In this document: positions 60,545 through 64,000 of the stretch, one piece after another
Position numbering within the stretch: the first letter of the stretch is position 1
Layout: each line of letters begins with the position of its first letter
Assembly: GCA_020891255.1 (NCBI GenBank)
Contig: BQFW01000006.1
Span: 1,488,001-1,552,000 of the forward strand
Source: Entomortierella parvispora E1425
Lineage: Eukaryota; Fungi; Mortierellomycota
Length of the DNA: 64,000 nt
Direction of reading: 5' to 3'
The notes under the pieces: model-generated
Told to the model about the DNA's origin: nothing
The model's database searches: none
What the model saw: only the letters and a program-made list of their open reading frames with translations
Translations under genes and position numbers: made by a program

Positions 60545-62170
60545 GAGACGGATTGTACGGAATTGAACAAACCAAGTACGCGCACAGGGTCGATGTACCT
60601 AGCCATTGTGTCCAATGAGCCCATCGAAGAGGGTCACTTTCGACCAAACGTGGAGTCGCGTATTCTTGCTCAGCAACCTGCATCTCCACCTTAACTCGTT
60701 GACTGATGCTAGTTCATGTTGGAAGTAGAAAAAGAGACCTTTCCCAAGAGAATCAAAACTGTATTCCCTTTGACAAACTAGAGGAAGGCAGGCTAATACC
60801 ACCTCCTCGCCCTTCCAGCGCTTTTCAATCGTTGACGATTGGATATTTATTCCAGAAGAGCCGAACAGACGAACGAGAAAGAATCCTCCTAGGTCTAACA
60901 CTTTTGTTCTCAGTCTCTCATGACCAAGATGTTTGTTACTTTAATTGTCTAGTCCCCCATCTGTTCATTTCATGACCGCCTGTTAGAGTCCACCAAATTC
61001 TTTCATGGGTTCTTATAATTTTGTGGGACTTATTCAAAATCAATTTAGTCCAATGTTTGGCTCGTTCGGTCACACAAGGGTAGTGCGAATCATATTCAAA
61101 AGCCCATTGTAAAAAATATAAGAACCCACGAAAGGATTTGGTGGACTCTACGCTTGTCCTCGTCCCTGCGAACAGAGCAATGCCCTCGACCTATTTTCGA
61201 GACGATTCAGTTTTTCCGCTCTGCTCTCTTCTTAAGGAGGAAAAAAAAGTAGTTCAAATTCTTGTGACCACAACAAAGCGAGAAGTATGGAACCCGTTTG
61301 CCTTGGCGGATGGAAAGCATTTGTCGGTATGGTGGGAATGGTGGGGACCGGGGTTGACATGCTCCAGAAACCACCATAGTGAATAGTCAGCAAAACCAAG
61401 CTCGTTTCTGTCTGCGAAGGTTGTTCTATGACCTTGGCAAAGATGGTTCAGTTGAACAACTCATTTATTTAGAACGTATTTTGCTGAACTTCCGTGAGTT
61501 CAACATCCACGATGGCGTTACCAGTATTGCGGTCACAGAACCGTCTCAACGATTCTTTTTGACCCTGAAGAAAGGGAGGCAGGTTAGTAATGTTCCTTCA
61601 TAAAAAAATATAAAAAAATATTTTATGACAAGTTGGTAGAAAAGCGATCGATCGTGCCTGTCGGCATGGCTTCCGATCTATGTTGGTGGAATGACGCGTT
61701 CAAGTTGGGCGCACAAGCAGAAAGATGAAACCCCATCCATGCGCACCAGCACCAAAACAATGGAAGCAGTCTATGCGGAAGAAAGGACTAGTTCAATAAG
61801 ATCAAAAAAGGATACCATTCGTGCATGAGTGGTGTCCTTCCGGAAAAATGAAAGAACTTGTTTTTCGAAATAGATCATACCCGTGAGTGACGATCAATAG
61901 ATGTCATGCTTTGGGTTGTGGGATAAGAGAATTGTTCTAAAGCAACGTTTTCAACAATAACACGCCGCAATGGAGCAATCTCCCACGGTGGGCGATCGTT
62001 ATGGGAAAGAATTGCAGACATGTCGCCAACTGCCAAAAAAAAAAAAAGCCGATTTGGGGTGGTCTATCAGTCCTCCATCGTTCACCCCTGCAGAACCTTG
62101 ACTGTGGCCAAAAATTCGGGTCTGTGTCACTTTCGACGCCTTGCTTTTTTACCCGAGCGCCTCTCCCCAT
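60545..62170 (+). repeat. Non-coding block U2 upstream of the peptide precursor gene; diverged direct duplicate of 57160-59130
   Basis: Colinear alignment by eye to U1, with private indels (about 60900-61190 in U2, about 57960-58500 in U1). Confidence 0.85.
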
Positions 62171-62382
62171 TTTTGCTAGTTTTGGCTGCCAATTCCTGGA
62201 AAATGGCCTTCTATTGTCGGTAGGGGGTCAATGTTAACAGTGCCACCCCCGGATTTCCTCGGTGAATTGTTGACACCAAATTGTGGCCATGGTTTTTATT
62301 TTGGTTTATTCCTGGTCCAGTTCGTGTGTCTATGAACCAAATTGAGGGCAAGAACCCCAACCCCGCATGTTGGAGAGGACGA

Positions 62383-62460
62383 GCAGTTTGGCGACTTGTC
62401 TGTGTTCTTTCCAATGACGATCGCCTACCGTGGGGGATTACTCAATTGAGGCGAGTTCTT
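62383..62460 (-). repeat. Inverted third copy of an about 80-bp element also at 58908-58986 and 61956-62033
   Basis: Reverse complement aagaactcgcctcaattgagtaatcccccacggtaggcgatcgtcattggaaagaacacagacaagtcgccaaactgc matches the U1 copy with about 10 differences. Confidence 0.85.
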
Positions 62461-63392
62461 GCAGCAAAAGGCATCTGTTGGTCGAACTTGAAGAAGGCTC
62501 CCGTCAGGAGCAGCATCGAGAAAGAACAAAATGAGCGTAGAAAGGAAAAAAAAGAAAAAAAAAAAAAAAAAAAAAAAAAAGAGGTAACGAGGGACATTCA
62601 TGTCCAGACCATGACTGCGGTGACTGAGCACAAGCGTGCGGTTCTCTGAGCAACAAAATGAATGACATGACACAGGAGGAGCATCACGATTGCCCCTTCA
62701 CCCCGGGTCGTTCGCCTCTAGTCACCGTCCAAAGCAATAGGTCGACCCTTCTAACCTCCACCTACAAATGTTCAGCTTACTTCAATGGCCAGGATCTCAA
62801 AGGTGAGACGGCTGAACTCGATAGGACTTTTCGTTGCTCTGTTCCTTGTCTCTTCGAGGCCGAAGTCAGGGGGATTTTTTTTTCTTGGCCGGCACAGTTG
62901 AGGGCACTCCTATTGAACCTTTCATGGGCCTGCTCCAGGGACTCTGCTCTAACATGGTCAAATACCTGCCTGCTTTTGCGGAGTCATAGTACTGGAAGGA
63001 GGAGCAGTAAGGAAGAGGGAGAGGATAGAAGGAGGGCAGAGAGAGCAAAGGAATCCTCCTTTGACTACGCAGTGACGGACGCGTTCCTTCTCGAATCTCT
63101 GTCTCTCTTTCCTGTCGACGTGACAAGCATCTGTCAAACATGCTGAATACCTACTCTGATTGTCTCTACTGCTATACGGCATGGCCTCCTGGGTACAAGG
63201 CGCGGGCGCAGGAGGGGAGCACGTCGTTCCAACCAATCAGAGAGCAGGCAACACATAGATTCGCTTTTTCTGAATTCTTCTCAGAAAAAGCGAGTCGGGA
63301 TTGCATTTCAAAGAGCTGAATCGACAGGGACAAGGAGACGCAGATCATGTTTAATGTTTTATTCGGAAAACTCTCTCACACTCTCTCTTTCA

Positions 63393-63988
63393 TCACCAGG
63401 CAAAGACATTTGGGCTGGTGGGGCGGGGGGTTATTTTTGATATCCCAGTCATGAGCGGAAAGGGAGATAAAACGAGGTATTCGTGAATCGAACTCCCATT
63501 TGAGCAAAAAGAGAGATTCCTAGTTGTTGTCAGAGTAGCCGTGGATCGTACATCTCCACAGTGTCGTGGAAACATCCCGTCATAAGCTGATCGTATTATC
63601 CGCAAAGGGATTTGTCTCTCTTGGAGCTTGACCGTCGACGACAATAAGAGAGATGAGCTTCACCAACAGACTGCTGATGTGTTGCCGAAAACAAGATGAC
63701 GAAGGGGTAAAGAGGCTAACCCCACAAGGCCTGCTGTCAGAACTCTCACTCGACTCCAAGACGGTCCCGCACAAACTCTGTGACAGATGGTAGTAACCTC
63801 TCTGCTGTTCCCAGAATGATGCTCAAATCCGCAGATTCCAGGCCAAGTTGCTGGAATGTAGCCTGCGGACTAAGAGGGACACTGTGTGGATGTGTTTTTG
63901 AATCATCGTCCTCGGTCCCGATGGTTGTGTTCTCTAAAGTGCCTTTGCCGTCTGATATCCGCGCCTGTCGCTCCATTTTCTCCGCCAT
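63393..63988 (-). other. Interrupted ORF segments: possible 3' end of a spliced gene starting beyond the window, or a pseudogene
   Basis: Protein-like pieces in several frames, a candidate GTGAGA donor and a downstream AATAAA; no recognisable family. Confidence 0.25.
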
Positions 63989-64000
63989 GCCAACCCTAAA

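Noticed and set aside
63994-64000. CCCTAAA at the window edge as a telomere
   Set aside because: Single copy, not an array

Overview
Intron-rich fungal genomic DNA, about 49% GC with many poly-A/T runs. The gene families (F-box/RNI-like, FAD monooxygenase, S/T-rich type I membrane protein) suggest Mortierellaceae; this is an inference. Recognisable genes: an ArsB/NhaD-type permease, a degenerate GMC-oxidoreductase-like protein, a Dbf2/Sid2 NDR kinase, nucleoporin TPR/Mlp1, a membrane RING E3 ligase, two F-box/LRR proteins (one flanked by relics of its own C-terminus), tubulin cofactor E, a DUF4097-like type II membrane protein, an FAD monooxygenase, two CsbD/Hmp1-like stress proteins and an OPT oligopeptide transporter. 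No rRNA, tRNA, CRISPR array or intact transposon could be supported. Main highlight: at 59.9-60.3 kb, a complete small gene (TATA box, 5'-UTR intron, polyA signal) encodes a secreted Kex2-processed repeat precursor. It carries two identical Cys-bracketed cores (CGDPELRGFKENYPNCD) that differ only at synonymous sites. The gene sits inside a decayed tandem duplicate of the OPT locus and lies downstream of a homologue of the OPT upstream region. Second highlight: a family of dispersed acidic microproteins with a shared N-terminal motif; one member carries calcineurin-docking-like motifs. All exon structures and alignments were made by eye.
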